Shown here in pieces: positions 62,925 to 64,000 of a stretch of DNA of 64,000 bases. This DNA is from Octopus sinensis (Eukaryota). How positions within the stretch are numbered: the stretch's first letter is position 1; each line of letters begins with the position of its first letter. Location of the stretch: NCBI RefSeq assembly GCF_006345805.1, contig NC_043001.1:110918001-110982000 (forward strand), in the 5' to 3' direction. Below the pieces are notes generated by a model. That model was not told the DNA's origin. It was given only the letters and a program-made list of their open reading frames with translations, and searched no databases. Position numbers and translations under genes: made by a program.

Positions 62925-63084
62925 GACGGGCTTCTTTCAGTTTCCGTCTACCAAATCCACTCACAAGGCTTGGGTCGGCCCGAGGCTATAGTAAAATACA
63001 CGTGCCAAGTGCCACGCAGTGGGACTGAACTCGGAACCATATCCTTGGTAAGCAAGCTACTTACCACACAGCCACTCCTACGCC
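62790..63084 (-). mobile_element. SINE family A (3'-incomplete)
   Basis: Head AGGCGTAGGAGTGGCTGTGTGGTAAG on minus. Confidence 0.9.
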
Positions 63085-64000
63085 TTTAACTTTAGTTTTA
63101 TTAAGCAGTTCATTGTAAAAACAATTCCTCTTTTCAGCAGTGGACTCCAGCCATTCTTCGAATCATTTCGTACCGGGCCGCTTAGATTGCATTTTGAAAT
63201 TCATTATTAGCAATGTAAGCAGTATGTATTCAAAATAGCATGCTGTATATCTTGCTTAATGCGGATATCCCGTAAGAAAGCCACAACACTGCGTTACTTT
63301 TGAGAAAGCAACGCGGATAGACGTACGCTGTTCAAAAAGCGCAGACATATGAAGAGCATAGGAGAAGTGTCAGCAGCGGCAGTGTAATTGGCAGATACAA
63401 TATGTCTTCGCATTTGTGCTGCATTGCTAACGATGATGATACGCCTCCGTTTCTGATAGATGCTATTACAAGGCGAATGCCGTAGGGTAATGGCTTCTGA
63501 CGTTATAACCACATTAAGTAACATATAGAGAATGTTATCATACTCTTAATTTCATCTCACTCTGCAGGGTATTGTTGTATGGTGTACGTATTATATATGT
63601 AAAGAATGCAAAAATCCTAAAATACTTCCAGTAATTACTGTTAGTCGAAATTTGCTAACAATCTAATCAATACAGGTTGAATTGGATTGGACTTGGCCAT
63701 CAGCTCCGACAGCTCTGTTCGTTCACAAATTATTGTTTCATTTAATTTTAGAGACAATTAGAAAGACATTTGGTTTGTTAATTACCTATTTAAACTCTGC
63801 TGATTAACGTTAATCTGTTCATTATTTTGCATATATGATACACTGCTGATATGTAAATTTGTTTTAGGTCATTTACAATCGAATTTCTCTTTCGATTCTG
63901 TTATTAAGAATGTGTAAAATAATACACCAATTGCTCAAAACCTGAATAATTATATTTTATAATGAGCGATCTAATATGGATCACGGCTTAATACTACAAC

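Noticed and set aside
63294-63524. GC-richer unique stretch with a minus ORF (YQKRRRIII)
   Set aside because: It has a non-ATG start, no homology I can recognise and no clear splice sites; it could be conserved non-coding DNA but this cannot be shown here.

Overview
Eukaryotic, AT-rich, repeat-dominated intronic or intergenic DNA. The tRNA-derived SINE families and Penelope-like tails resemble octopus (coleoid cephalopod) repeats; I recognise this from memory and have not checked a database. No host protein-coding exon can be supported, and almost all listed ORFs are microsatellite or SINE read-through. The window contains: about 30 tRNA-derived SINE copies in five families; long microsatellites; fragments of Dong/R4 and RTE LINEs; a pogo/Tigger-like MITE next to a deleted mariner; a probable Helentron-type element; and several Penelope-like elements (PLEs). 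Two PLEs have the tail-to-tail inverted-repeat structure around a GIY-YIG endonuclease remnant (36734-37955, 52284-54060). The most interesting signal is a set of minimal type I hammerhead ribozyme motifs with self-complementary stem III, carried by PLE tails and by small non-coding foldback elements. Their cores include covariant 3-8 pairs (C3-G8, U3-A8, A3-U8), U4C variants and an extra nucleotide after A9. Several long DNA hairpins sit in or beside (TA)n tracts. Ribozyme activity and element mobility are inferred and untested. Coordinates of degenerate elements are approximate.
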